This document shows positions 37,076-49,804 of a DNA stretch of 64,000 nucleotides, one piece after another (the first letter of the stretch is position 1; each line of letters opens with the position of its first letter). The DNA lies in NCBI GenBank assembly GCA_020891255.1, contig BQFW01000004.1, positions 372,001 through 436,000 of the forward strand. The letters run 5' to 3'. Both the position numbers and the translations under genes were made by a program. The DNA is from Entomortierella parvispora E1425 (Eukaryota > Fungi > Mortierellomycota). The notes beneath the pieces were generated by a model. The model worked only from the letters and a program-made list of their open reading frames with translations, had not been told where the DNA came from and made no database searches.

Positions 37076-37256
37076 CGGTGGTTCTCCTCAGACGGCGGCC
37101 ACACCCAGTGGCCCGATCACTCACGTCCAGAATGCTGCCAATGCGACTCAGGCGAACTCGAGCTCTTCAGCTGCGGCCAGCACCCAGCAGTTTGCGATTG
37201 CCGCTACCTTGGCCACCATGACTGTGATGATTACAGGCCTGACCCTCATTCTTTGA
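36261..37256 (+). CDS. Secreted, probably GPI-anchored Ser/Thr/Ala-rich protein; exons 36261-36360, 36559-36939, 37072-37256
   Basis: Signal peptide, W-K-I-G-x-P-x-x-V-x-W domain start, VPEVACGSQCAIEF...YYSHPFTI, a Ser/Thr/Ala linker and a hydrophobic C-terminal tail. Confidence 0.85.
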
Positions 37257-37505
37257 AGAGCTCCCTCCACCTTTGCTCGTTCATCCTTGACTCGTTCAAT
37301 CCCTCCTGCTCCCCCCTTGGTGTTTATCTCCTGGATAATACTTGCCATGCTATTCCAAACTAAATGACACAACCCAATAAACTCTCCTTCACGCCTGCCG
37401 TACCAACCCTTCCTTCACCTCACTCAAAGATGTGTTCCTGAAAAAGAATGATATAAGAAAATGCACTTTTTTTGTAATATATTATCTTTTTTTTTAAAGA
37501 AGCGT

Positions 37506-39075
37506 CTACTGGTCGCTTGGCTTGACATCATAGCGTCGTCCACGGATACCCCAGATACCCCAATTGCACTGAGCAGACTGTCGGACATCGGTCATGTTGA
37601 TCTCATGCTTCAAACTCCTGAAAGCGTTCTCTCTGGGCTTCATCAACCAATCCAGTTCGAAACCCGAGTTTTCAATCTCGTTCACGTCGTTCATGACATC
37701 CTTCTCATCGAATCCTGTTCCAAAGATGGCGCACTTTGTGTCCAACAACAAGGGCAAAGTAGGCTTCCACATCTCCTTGGTGGCTGGGTGAGAGAGACCA
37801 GGGGAGAACAAGAAGAAGACGTCGTAGTAGGGGTTGAAAGGTCCAGCCTCGGCATGGTAAGACTCGTACCGGGACGAGTCGTAGACAAAGGTCATTTGTT
37901 CATAATGAACATGTTGATGAGGCTCCTTGGATTTGGTGTGAGGGGGGATAGCATCCGGTCCAACGAAATGAATCTGGAACGCCGTCGACGGGAACAGGTA
38001 GGCCAGCTGCATGTAGATATGAGGGGGCAAATGAGACTCTGCACGGGCGCCTAAACAAAAGATACGGACGGTGTGTGTGGCGGTGCTGCGAAGATCCTGA
38101 TTTTGAGTGATTCCTGGGAGCATGGCGGGGTGCAAAGTGTGGCGAAGGGCTAATCAAGGAAGAGAAATACTGCGAAGGTTAGCCTGATGAATATTCGCAA
38201 GAGCAATAGAACAAAAAAAAAATCATTCAAAATAGACGTGCCAGCTAATGACTTCAATCCTTCAACTGTGAGGTCCTTTCCCAACTGGTAAGGCGAAGAC
38301 TGATGAAGCACCGATCCGATAGTGAGGGGATAAGTCAAAACATGGGAGACATGACGCATGGACCGCTCCGAGTTCATGCTGAGGAATCCACGAGTGTACA
38401 AAAATGTATCCCAATTTGACAAGTTGACAGCCTCATCGCGATGTTGAGCACCTAGAAGTAGGATTTTAAGGTAAAATAAAAAGTTAGAACAGGATAACCG
38501 GGATAAAAAAAATTGACCATGCACCCCCCCACCCCATGGGTTTCGGAAGGATATGGCATGGATCCCGATCGGGAATAGTTGAGCACCATCCTACCTGGGA
38601 ACTCGAACTCCTTCATCCGACGGCCGGATCGGAGGTCGTGCTCGTCTTCGTTGACTTCCCGGAGGATTCCACAGACATGTTTATGGTGCTCCTTGTCAGC
38701 CTTGTAATGCTCCTCGCTGCAGTGGGTAGGGTATCCACAGTCGGGGCATTCAAACACGGGTCGTTTGCTGTTCTTGTGTTCCGGGTGGTCGTGTTCCTTG
38801 CAGACGGGGCAGGAGCCATGGGCGTTAATCCATTCTGCCTTGGTGCGGACGGGGGCCAAGGGTGATTTGCTGAGGGGATGGAAGAGGTCGGCCTGTTCCA
38901 GGACGGGCTCGAATCGGGAGGTGAATGCGGCGTCCTTGGATTCGGGCTTGCGGGAGGTGAAGAAGGATTTGAGAGAGAGGGATCGGCGAGCGGCAGAAGC
39001 GGAGGAGATGGCGGCGGATGCGCTCCTTGGGAGTATCCTGAGGGCCGGGGCCAGGGGTCGGAGCCTTGAAGCCAT
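37506..39075 (-). CDS. MSS51: Mitochondrial COX1 translational regulator/assembly factor MSS51; 3 exons
   Basis: Arg/Ser-rich presequence, FHPLSKSP, CPDCGYPTHCSEEH, LREVNEDEHDLRSGR, NWDTFLYTRGF, LGARAESHLP, FLFSPGLSHP and NWGIWGIRGRRY. Confidence 0.93.
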
Positions 39076-40465
39076 TTAGGATGTGCCGAGGGTTAGGAAG
39101 GGAGGGAGGGAGGATGGATGAACGGGATGCAGCAGGAACGAACTCGCTATTGTTGCGCAGATCTGCATGTGTTTCCCTGTGCGCTGATCTCTTCGGTGTG
39201 TGTCTGCTTTCTCGGCGTGCTTGGGTTCCTGCCTGTGCTCGACAGACGCGAGGGTCACGTGCAGATCGCTGCACGTGGAGGAATCGTCACCGAAGATGCA
39301 TTTGTAGCGCATGCAACTCTCGCGTCGACTCGAATTTCAGAAGCTCGTCAACGACAGAGGCTCCAGAAGACGATCAGTGAGTTTCAACCTCATCGCCGAG
39401 ATATGTACTGGACCCAGCACGGCCTCTGACTGAAAACGGCTGTGGCCGCTTTTCAATCTCGAACTCTAGCGCAGGACATGGGATTTCACCAAAGATTTCA
39501 TCGTGGAGTACTTTGCCCCACGACGTTGAAAACTTGAACTTATGGATGACGACTTGGAGGGAGACAGTAAGGGCAAACTTCATAAAAATGGTATTTTATA
39601 TAAAGGCTTCGCATGGACAACACTCCAGCGCAGGCAATCAAAAAAATCTCGCGTATTGAACCAATGTATTTTTTTTTATGATGCTTTGCTAGGTGACAGG
39701 AGGAGTCCACGGGGTGTCTTTCAGATATGAAGGTGCGAAGCAGCACCAGACAGGGCAAAGTCAATAGCTTGCCTCCTTGCCATAGTCCCATCCCTTGTAG
39801 CAACACTCCCGACCCTCGAGTTATTGAAGGTAAGAAGCTGGAAAGTCTGAGTAGCGCTTAAGCTGTACAAGATATCGACCTATTTTTTTCAGTCTTCACG
39901 GTAGATACACCTGAGAAACACCGGAAATCCAGCCACCCATGTGCAGAAGAGATCATGGGGATACCAAGACATCCATTGTCACCGGGACCTTGTCGAGAAA
40001 GATATCGAGTTGAAATCCCTGCACGTCAATGTTATTTGCAACAAATCTAGATGCAAATCATACTGTGTTAATCCTCCCTTTTAGCGAGCATGTCTGGGAA
40101 CTGGAGAAGGACACGCAACTCTTTCTCAGTCCTAGTGGAAACGACTGGTCTCTACTAGCACTGAAAAATGATGAGAAAATCTCTTTTCTTTTTCACGTTC
40201 GTCTTCATTGGCATTCAATCCTTTATTCATTGTGTAAAAGGGTTGTTAATTTCGGAAACAACTCGGCGCAGCAAACAACGAGATTCTGAATAAAATATGT
40301 ATGAAATTGAAGGCAATTGGAACGCCGTCCTTATATCCTGATCCATGTGCCCCCTTGCCAACCCACCAAGCCGACATTGTCTGCTACGTAGCCACGACTA
40401 TCTTAATTGTGGCATCTGTTTTAACGATGCACGCTGTTCATATATGAATGATACGAAGAGGTCTT

Positions 40466-43226
40466 TTATTCTTCATTGAATTCAAACCGTACACGCGAGC
40501 TGTTGACTTGCTTGCACTCGCGTGCAAGTGTCCTGCCGAGCCCAGGTGAGCCACAATAAAAGACGCCGACAGTAGTACTTTCCCTTGGCGGTGAAGTCGT
40601 CCCGCTTCCTTGCGCAATTCTATGCTTCATCATGTCAAAAATGGCGGCAAAGTCCGGGCGTCCATAGTGGATATTGTGAGGACCAATGATGGCCTCTCCT
40701 TCTTCCATCATCCTCGTTGCTCGCTCCTCACTATCGAGAATATTCTGGGGAGGAGCTGTAGACGAATCCCCGGGAAACGATGATGGGTGCTCTGAGAGTG
40801 GTAGCGAGTGTATAGAGGTCAGCGAGATAAGTGAGTGGGTCAAACCGGATCCAAGGCGGTGGTCCTCCCAGGGCGATAGCAACTCTGCTTCCTCCTCATG
40901 CTCGTCATCGTCTTCGGAATACCGCCTCCTGACAATATCGATGGTCCTTAGATTGGGCAGCAATGGGGGTGCATCCCGTGCACTCCTTCCTGGCTGTCCT
41001 GGTTTCCTTGATAGGGTCCGGCGGGGAATAGCTTTCGTTGAAGTAAAGTAAATATGAATGCGGATCAACCCGGTCCTGAACAACTCTAGAGTCTTTTCCA
41101 TCGAGAACAGCGCCTGGAACCAGTCTAATTTGTTGGCATCTCGAGATATCCAGTACAGATCCAGTGTTTGCAGCCGTGAACTTTGTGTCTCTTGATGCCG
41201 AAACCTGGGTGGAGAGATTTAAAAAAAAAAAAAAAAAAGTTCATTAATACGGGTTACACAGACTCATATGCGGCCCTAACAAACTGAGACCATGCCGGGC
41301 GCTCGTTTTAGTTTTAGGGGGGTGTCGTTTAGAGCTCAAAACCAGAACATACCAAATGTGTCGGAGGATGCCTGAAAAGGTTGTAATGCCGTTGCCTGTC
41401 CCGATCAAGACTGCGTGGTCATAGGTCAAGACGTCCTCTTTGGGCCCTCCATAAGGGCCGTCGATTTTGATGAGTGGCAATAAGGACCGATCAAGGACCT
41501 TTCGAGGTTCCTCCAAGCGGGGAGTTTCTGGTCCATGACCGAACAGGCGACCGAGATTTCCTGTCCAGTCGCCGTCCTGGCGAATATCCAGGGAGATGTA
41601 GGGTTCAATAGGCGAAGAGGTGATGGTGAAGGGGTGCCACTCGTGTTTTGAGAGTCGGGGTATATTGAGGTAGACGTGCTGTCCTGGGCGGTAGTGCATA
41701 GAAGGGTGCTTGAAGTTCAGCTCAATAGCCCCTCCTGGATGTGCGATAGCAGAGGAAAGCGCAATCGAAGGATGTCCTTCATAGGCTCGGAGCACCCTTT
41801 CCACAAGGTAGATCAGTGACACCAGCACCACATATCTCCAAGATCTGTATCCTCGACACTGACCCTCATTAGTCTTGACAAAGCATCCGTATCCATGAAA
41901 GGAAAAGAGGACCATGACCACCAATGCGAGATGATGGGTGTACCAGAACAACTCGTACTTGCGTTGCCGTATCCGACTGTGTGCTGTGGTGTACATGATC
42001 CCGAGGAGGAGCAACATGCCGTATCCAGTCACTCCCGCCCAGGTTTGGAAATGGTAGCCGACAGCTGGTCCTCGTCCTAGTTGCTCCAATCGATAAAAGT
42101 TGACGCAGTGCCCCAAGACATGGATGGTGAGGAAGGCGAGGACATGGTAGGCCATGTATTTGTGATAGGCTGTCATCCTAGATTGACTGCCCTCGGAGAT
42201 GGTCCCATGGCCGAGTCCGAGAAGCGCAAAGGATATCCGAGATATGTAAGAGAGCAGCTTGCGACAAACTGGGAGCATGATCAAAGCCATGTCAAAGGCC
42301 AGACAGAGGGCAGCTCCACGGGAGCAATAGATCGAGAATCCGATGGTGTTGATATCAGAGAGGTCCTTGTCGTCGCGCTGGAGGTGGAATCCATAGAAGA
42401 ATATTGCTACGTGGCAAAGCGAGAGCGACCACTTGACGGCTGTTGACATTATAGTTGAGTTTAGGAAGAGAATGGACGACTGACGGTGATCAGTTGTGAC
42501 ATTGAGGTAAGGCTGACTGATGGAGAGTGATGTTGGCGTGAAGAATGAAAGAAGGTCGACATTGCGAGCCAGTCAGCGCCAAAGCCAGAAGAGGAACAGA
42601 CAGACAGCAAGACAGGCGGGCGGGGGCAGTGCTTGGACCAGGGATATGGATTGGGCGTTGCGCAAGAGACGGGATCGACAGTTACGGCCAAGGTGAGCAG
42701 AGTGGAGGGAGAAGAAGAAGAACCAAAGATGACGGTTCGCCCTGAGTGCGGAAAAGGTATTTTTAGCATGCACCCACTGAGAGGAGAGGGGAACAGAGCG
42801 ACTATTTATTTCCATGCACAGTTCTTTCTAGTGCATGGAAATACACCCTACCCTCTTCTGCTGGTCTGGGGTGTTGCGCCTGTTGTGTGTTGTGCCACTA
42901 ATTTGAATGAATGAACACACAGACTGCGAGAGCACTTCGCGTGTCTGAGAGCACTTTCGGGTTCATTCATTCCTCCTACAGTACCGGTACTTCTCTTCCT
43001 GCCTGCTGCTGCTGGTGCTTGTCTGCGGTGTCTTTGTATCTGTTTCTGCGTCTTTCGTGTCTGTGTCATGGTTTCTCTCTTTCTTTCTCTCTCCCACATG
43101 CATCCATCGATACGGCTCTGACAAAAACATGCACCTCCACTGACACGAGTGCAATACAAGGAGAGTGACAGGCAAGAACAAACGCTTACTCCAGTGCATG
43201 TACGTGTACAAGGTGACTGGGTACAT
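40466..43226 (-). CDS. NADPH oxidase (NOX/gp91phox-like), divergent; inferred exons 43226-43190, 42439-~41353, ~41206-40466
   Basis: NOX TM2 SRGAALCLAFDMALIMLPVCRKLL, heme histidines (YHK...IHVLGH; FWYTHHL...FHG), FAD motif EWHPFTITS, IDGPYG and VFYCG. The first exon (MYPVTLYTYMHW) is inferred from a phase-1 GTAAGC/CAG join. Confidence 0.88.
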
Positions 43227-43631
43227 TCGAGGGCGGTCTATCTTGCTTGTTTTTCTGTACCAAACAGATTGCTACAACACCACCCAGGCCCAAAGAGAAG
43301 AAGGATATGCTCAGCGACCAGCACAGAAGCATCGTTCAGAGCGAGTGGTGTTTCGTTATTCATTGAGAATGTTATTTTACGGTTCGTTTGAGAGCGGAAA
43401 AGCCCTTTTTTATGATTGAAGAATGTCCAAGAAGCGAGTGGAGGAAGAAGGCCTTTTGTTGTTGTTGTTGTCGCTATGTATACTCCCGTCCTCTCTTTTC
43501 TCCCTCTCTCCTTTGCTCTCTCCATTCCCTCCTCATCAGCGGCTCCATCATCAGCTTCTCCATCATCTCTCATTTCCCATCTTCATTCCTTCCCCTTTCT
43601 TTTGCGCCGACCCTCTTGAGAAGCGAGCCCA

Positions 43632-46600
43632 ATGAGTTCGCGCTTTGCCAACTCGGCCGCTCCGTCCCAGCAACAACAGCAACACCAGTATGTGCCACCG
43701 AATCAGTACCAGGAGGGCCATCATGTCGTGGCCGACAGTGCTGATTGGAACAACAACCCCTACGCCGATCAGTCCATGGTAATGCATCTGTCTGTCCCAT
43801 GGAGATGAGTGAGATTCGATTGCGGTGTGTTTGCCGCCACTTTCCCTCCAAACGCGTCTCTCCGTTCAAGGAAAAATTTGTATTAACTGCCCTTTTCTCT
43901 CCTGGTTCCTCTACGGTCCCTGCAGAAAAACTCGGTGGGCTCCATGAGTTCCTACAAGGGCTGGGCCTCGACTGACCCAACAGCCTATCCGCAGCAACAG
44001 CAACCGCAACATCAGCAGACAACCAAAGTCCCTCCTCCTCGTGGATCCTCCTATGGAAGAAACCGAAGTAACAGCAACAACAGCAATGCAAGTGCTGGCC
44101 TGGGCTATGGCCACAACTACAACCACAACTACAACCATCCTGGAGGCAGTCATCTTAGTCAGGTCAGCAACAGCAGCAGCATTCCGTACGGACACCACCA
44201 CCATCAGCAGCAACAACAGCAGCCGTCTTTGTATCCCCATTACCAAGATGTTACAGGGTACCAGCCATCAACCCAGTTTACGCGCACAGACTCGAACGGC
44301 ACTGCCAGATCAGATGGGACCAGTACGACCTTCAGTAGACCAGGAGAGGGTTCCCAGAACCTTCACAACTATACTCAATCTAGTCAGGGACAGCAAGGAC
44401 AACATGGACAGCAAGGACAACAAGGTCCGGATGGACTGATTCCAGGATACCCTACTGTCGATACCGAAAGTCGATATGTCGGCTACCCTAGACCCCCTCA
44501 GCCCATAGCCCCAGCTCAACAGCAGCCGCAACAGCCAAGACAGCACCGTGCAACTCCATCAGACACCTCGTATATTTCAGTTGGTCGTACAAACCATGAT
44601 CCGACACAGTCAATAGAGCAAGGTCCCCATTCCCAAGGATCGCCGCGGATGAATCAACGAGCCCTTCCAAAAAGAAGAGATCCTGGAAATGGTCTTGCTG
44701 CTCCCAGTGCCGATGGAGAGTTGCCTTCTCTGGATCAGTACGAGGCCATGCTCCAGCAAATGACCTCTCCCAACCTCGGACCCACCAGTCCCAAGGATTC
44801 ACGATTCGGTCAGAGGCGCTCAGAGTATGAACGCTCTGATCGCTCCCAGAGACAGTCCCGGAAACAGCAAGAACCACCTCTGCAGCCCCCCTCTTTGCAT
44901 CAAGAACTGAATCAATACCCTACCAACAATGGAATTGGTGGCAATATCGGCGTGTCTCCTGAGGACAGAAAACATCGGAGACGGAGCAGTATGCCCAGCT
45001 CTTTGGGTGATATGCCCACTCGCATCGTGACTGAACTAAAGCGCCGGAGCAGCGGTTACCATTCACCTATCGACGGATTACAACTTTCTGTGCCCATTAA
45101 TGAGAGCGGTTTGTACGGAAACCAGGATGGTCAATGGCACAATGGTTCAGTCCAGGATCCCAACCTTGGCTCAACTTCTCATGTCCGTCAACAGCAACCG
45201 CATCAGCAACAACAGCAACAACAGCAACAATACCAATCGCAGAGTACAATCTCTATGCAGGAGGATGATACCCGCTCCATTATTTCGGATGGCTCTAACC
45301 GACACAAGCTAGAGTTGGAGCAACAACGTCGGAACAAGCGAAACTCTCCTCGACTTTCGCAACTCGGTTCCAAGCCACCGTTGACCTCAAAGTCGCAGCT
45401 ACGACTGAGCCATACTCTAAGCCAGTCTGATGCAGATGATGTAGCGACTTTCTCCAACACCAAGGACACTCACCAAGAGAGCCCCTCTTCAAGGCCTGTC
45501 GCGGATGACAGCGATCGTCAGATGGAGCAGATTGAGCTCGAACTGCAGCAACTCCAACAGGGCATCTCCACGCCTCGAAACCACAATAGCGGCTCCAAGA
45601 GCGCGACTCCGTCGTCTGCTCGCTCAAGAGCAACAACGCCTCTAGGGATGGTCGCTGAAGAAGAAGTGCCAATGCCCAAGGGGGCCCCAAGCCTCCAACA
45701 ACTCTTTGCGTCTATGGATGACGGTAGCGGTCTCCAAAATACTCCTAACCGCTCTACCACTCCACCCACAAGATCCAGACCCACTACGCCTGTCACAGGA
45801 GTTCTTCCGCCACCAGGACCTCCCCCAATGACATCAGCACCCTTACCCCCTCCTCCAAATGGATCACCAGCTGCACGCAAGGGACCCTCCTCCAACGGCC
45901 GACGTGGCACTAAAGCAAACGTGTCTATGTCGACTCCGATCCAACCCCCTTCAGCACCACGACCAAGAGCAGGCTCGGTTGCATCTGGGGCTATCTCAAT
46001 TGATGGTGCCCTGGCTCAAGCTCCCCCTTCGCTCCCCCTGCCGTCGCTTCCACCTCCTTCACAGCCATTACCCTCACTTGCACTTCCTGGAGATGCAGCT
46101 TCTCAGCGCCGAAGGAAAGCTTCAGGTGGCCGTGATCTCATCCAACCTTCGCAACAGCTTCTTTACGAAACTCAAAACATGTATAGCCAGGACTCCTTAC
46201 CTACACCGCCTTCATCCTTGCCAATCAATGTGGAGCTTGATCCAGCGTCGTCTCCGACCCCCCCTTCCCCGTACTCTTCGATATTCTCCCTTCCTTCCTC
46301 CACGGCCTCATCACCATCTGCTACCTCGGCACAAATTGCTCGAATCAGAAAGAGGATCAATACACTGGAAAAAGAATTAGAAGTCTTTGACAGAGAACAA
46401 CCCATGCAGGGCCGTGATGGATCAGATATACAGTTCCAAGTAGATCGTCTCAGACAGGAGAAGGAAGGACTGGAACAGAAGCTGGCTCTTTTGTTGACGG
46501 AGGCAGGGTCCACCTCTCTGGCTGCCAATACCACTTCCATCTCAACCTCCAGACCATCATCGGGTGGACGCGCGCCTATGCAAACGACCTTGATTGCGCT

Positions 46601-47822
46601 GGATCAGGACCTGTTGCAACCGCCTGGCGTATTGCCTCCAGCTGAGGGACGATCTGTATCCGAATTGAGCATGGAGTTGGAAACGCTGCGAATGCAACTG
46701 ATCGAGAAGGAGGAGACGATCACGCGGATGTCGGTGGGGCAGCGCGAACACGACCAGAACGCTCGCCCAGTATCGGAGGTGCGTTCGAAGTCGAAAAAGA
46801 ATACAACAAACACCTTAAATGATATCCAACGGCTGCAGGGTCTCTTGGTCGAACAGGGGCTAAACTCGAACCGAAGCAGCAGCAGCAATGCAGAGGAAGG
46901 ACAGGAAAACTCATCGTTGGCTCTGCACGCGCTCCAGCAAGAATTGGAAACGCTCCGGCAAGAGACAGCTTCTCAGGAAGAAGTCAAGGCAACAATGGCT
47001 CGAGAACTCGAAGCTTTCACGGCCCGATCGCAACAAGAGGAGGCACAATACCGCACATTGCAAGATACTGTGCAGCGACTGACATCCAAGGTCAGTCGTA
47101 TGGAGGCTCAGCACGCGTCAGAAGTGAAGCAAATCCAAAGAGATCACGAGGAGCTGTTGGAGAAGGTTGTTATGGAGCATGCAAACACGCTCACTGACCT
47201 ATCGGAACAATCCAAGACGGACTCTGAGGCACAACTCCGCCGCTGGCGCGAGGACCAGGAAAAGGGCAGTGATCAAGATAAGCAAGAGTCTCTGGCCCGA
47301 GAGAAGGTGCTCCTAAGAAGACTGGAGGCTCAAGCGCTCAAGAATGATCAATTGGAAGAGCGGATCTTGGAACTCGAGAGATTTCAAAACGACCATGAGG
47401 AGGAGAGTGAGAATTGGTTGAAGACCAACAAGTCGCTGGAACGACAGTTGGCTATTGAACAATTGCAGCAACAAGAGAATCTGTATCGGATAGAGCAAGT
47501 GGAGAAGGAGAACCGACGCTTGCGAACAATCTTGGCAGATTTGGACTTGGCCGCTCAATTGGCCAAGATCACAGCGGAGGGCCATGAGACGGAGGATGAA
47601 GATGCGCTCTACGAGAGTACCACTTCCCGTGCTCGTTCAAAGGGGGCGCAAGACTTGTACAAGGACCAGAGACAAAAGTGGCTGGACCGGACGCAGGCTT
47701 TGGAGCGCAAGATGGCCAGGTCAGAGGAAGAAGCCACGGTGATCATGCAAAGGAATATGGAACTCATGGTCGCCTTGGAAATGACCCAGTCTGCCTCTTC
47801 GTCGGTCGCGACGCCAATGTAA
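43632..47822 (+). CDS. Large hypothetical protein (~1340 aa): Gln/Pro/Ser-rich disordered N-terminal two-thirds and a C-terminal coiled coil; exons 43632-43778, 43926-47822
   Basis: 3.9-kb open exon. An upstream exon joins in phase 0 (ATG|GTAATG ... CAG|AAA). Heptad-like Glu/Gln/Leu-rich C-terminus. No family recognised. Confidence 0.85.
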
Positions 47823-48550
47823 ATGCACCCTCACCCCCTCCATCATCCACAAACACATGAACTACCATCACAACAAAAAAAAACGACAACAATTCTAGAT
47901 AGCTGTCAATCCTCGACGACATTAAAAACCACAAACTACTTTATGATTGCCAAGGCTCGATTTCCTGCCAGTGGGAGGATTAAGCCTCGGTATCGCACTC
48001 GCGGAAAGCGAATTCTGACATTTTGAACTCTCCCTCGCCCTGGGCTGTTGTTTTTTTTTTTTTCTTATTTCGCCATGCTCTGCGGCCTCGCAATGTGGAT
48101 TGCAGCAGCGTGTACCAGGCGAACACGTTTGCTTGGACGCGTAAAAATGAAGGAATAGAGGCTGGCGTTCGCTCACAAAACAAGGGTATTGTGCGGGAAA
48201 CATCTATTGTCATTGCTGCCGCCAAAGTCTTTCCATCCCATTCAGCCCGTGCTCGTGCACCAACCTTCACCGGATCAACATCAGGGGCTTGCACTTTTTG
48301 CTCTTTCGCCCTTCTGCATTGGTTTCAAAGCAGACTCTACGTGGAGAAAAGCTTCTGGGTAAAAAAAACTCAATTCCTCATCGTCACCCATTGTCTCCGT
48401 CCCTCCAACGTGGAGCAAGGGTTAGGCACTTGTATTTAAAAAGGGAGCAAAAGGTAACCCGCTAGAAATTCATACAAGCCAAAGACACAGAAAGTCATTC
48501 TCATCATCTCCTTCTCCCCCCTCCCCCTTTCTCCCATTATCCCATACATT

Positions 48551-49772
48551 ATGAACACGCAAGATCAGGAGCCAATTCGTCCTTTGTGCACGATCATCAA
48601 TGGCGAGAACGCCTATGCCTTCGCGCTCGCCTTCCGCAAGAACAATATCCCAGACCTCCCTCCCTCTACTCGAAGCATCTACCGCGGCCTCGATCTGGTC
48701 CTCTTCCGATCCAAGGTCGTCGATACCTCTTCTTCTTCTTCTTCTCCGACCAGTAACAACCCCTCCTTTCCAGGGACGTCCTGGTACATCACCCGTACCC
48801 TTTCCGCTTCTGAGGATGATCTCGTGAACATGCTCTTGTTGCCGCCTTGGAGAGATGCGGATGGAAACATCTTGTCGCCGTATTATCCTGACCTGAAGAC
48901 AGATTTTGATCAATACCGTCAGTTGTTGACGGGTCGACTGAGCTTTACATGCGCGGTGGATCCAGAGAGGGGCACGGTCGCATTGCATGGCACCGCGCCA
49001 GCGCCTTGGTTCTCGACGTTTGGGAACAAGGAGGTGGTGTTTGAGCTGGGGATCTGGCACACCCATTTTGAGGCTGCGTTGGTGGCGGCCAGGGAGGATT
49101 CGGATATGGACCGGGCCATGTACCCGCTCGAGCCCGCTCCCAAGGACATGTCGAGATCGCCCCTGAGTCTGGATGATACGCCTTATTCAAACAGATCGGT
49201 GATCTTCCCGATCCCGACGACCTCCCCTCCGGCTTGGGCAGAGGGGGCGGGGGCGGGATCTTGGGCCAGAACGGTGTTTGACTCGACGAAGGGTCAGCTC
49301 TCTTTTGAGATTTTGAATCGTGTGCAGTTTCCAAACTCGTTGTCTTCGGCTCAGACTCTGGTAAAAGTTGTCTCCCTGTGGTCTTTGCTTTTTGAATCTC
49401 ACTTGGGTCGTTCTCCTTCTAATCTCTTGGAATTTATCCTGTCCTCTTCTTCTTCTTCTTCTTCTTGTTCTTCCTCCTCGCCTTACAGAACGAGACTCAG
49501 TTCGGCAAGGACCTTTTGTTTGCACAATCGAATGGGACCCTTTACACGTTTGGCACGCGCTCCAATGACCATGTCTTGACAAAACTGAATTTGGGCTATG
49601 AGGGTGCAGATCCAACTAGCATCACTGCGACTGTGGACAAGTCGTTTGCCACGACTGCGTTTACCAATGTTGGTAACGGTTGTGACTTTACAGCCGCGAA
49701 CAAGGACGTTGCTATCACCGCACTCAACAACAATGTTTATATCATGTGCAAAGATAATGTAAGAAGAAAAAT

Positions 49773-49804
<32 letters not shown>

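Noticed and set aside
38547-38554. U12-type ATATCCTT 5' splice-site motif on the minus strand in MSS51
   Set aside because: It lies inside an ordinary GT-AG intron whose donor (GTAGGA) already restores the frame.
39430-40030. Protein-like fragments between MSS51 and NOX
   Set aside because: The frames are short and interrupted, with no recognisable motif or splice structure, so a feature cannot be supported.
40168-40289. ATGATGA...CTGA box C/D-like pair
   Set aside because: No terminal stem, no host intron or Pol III context, and no recognisable guide.
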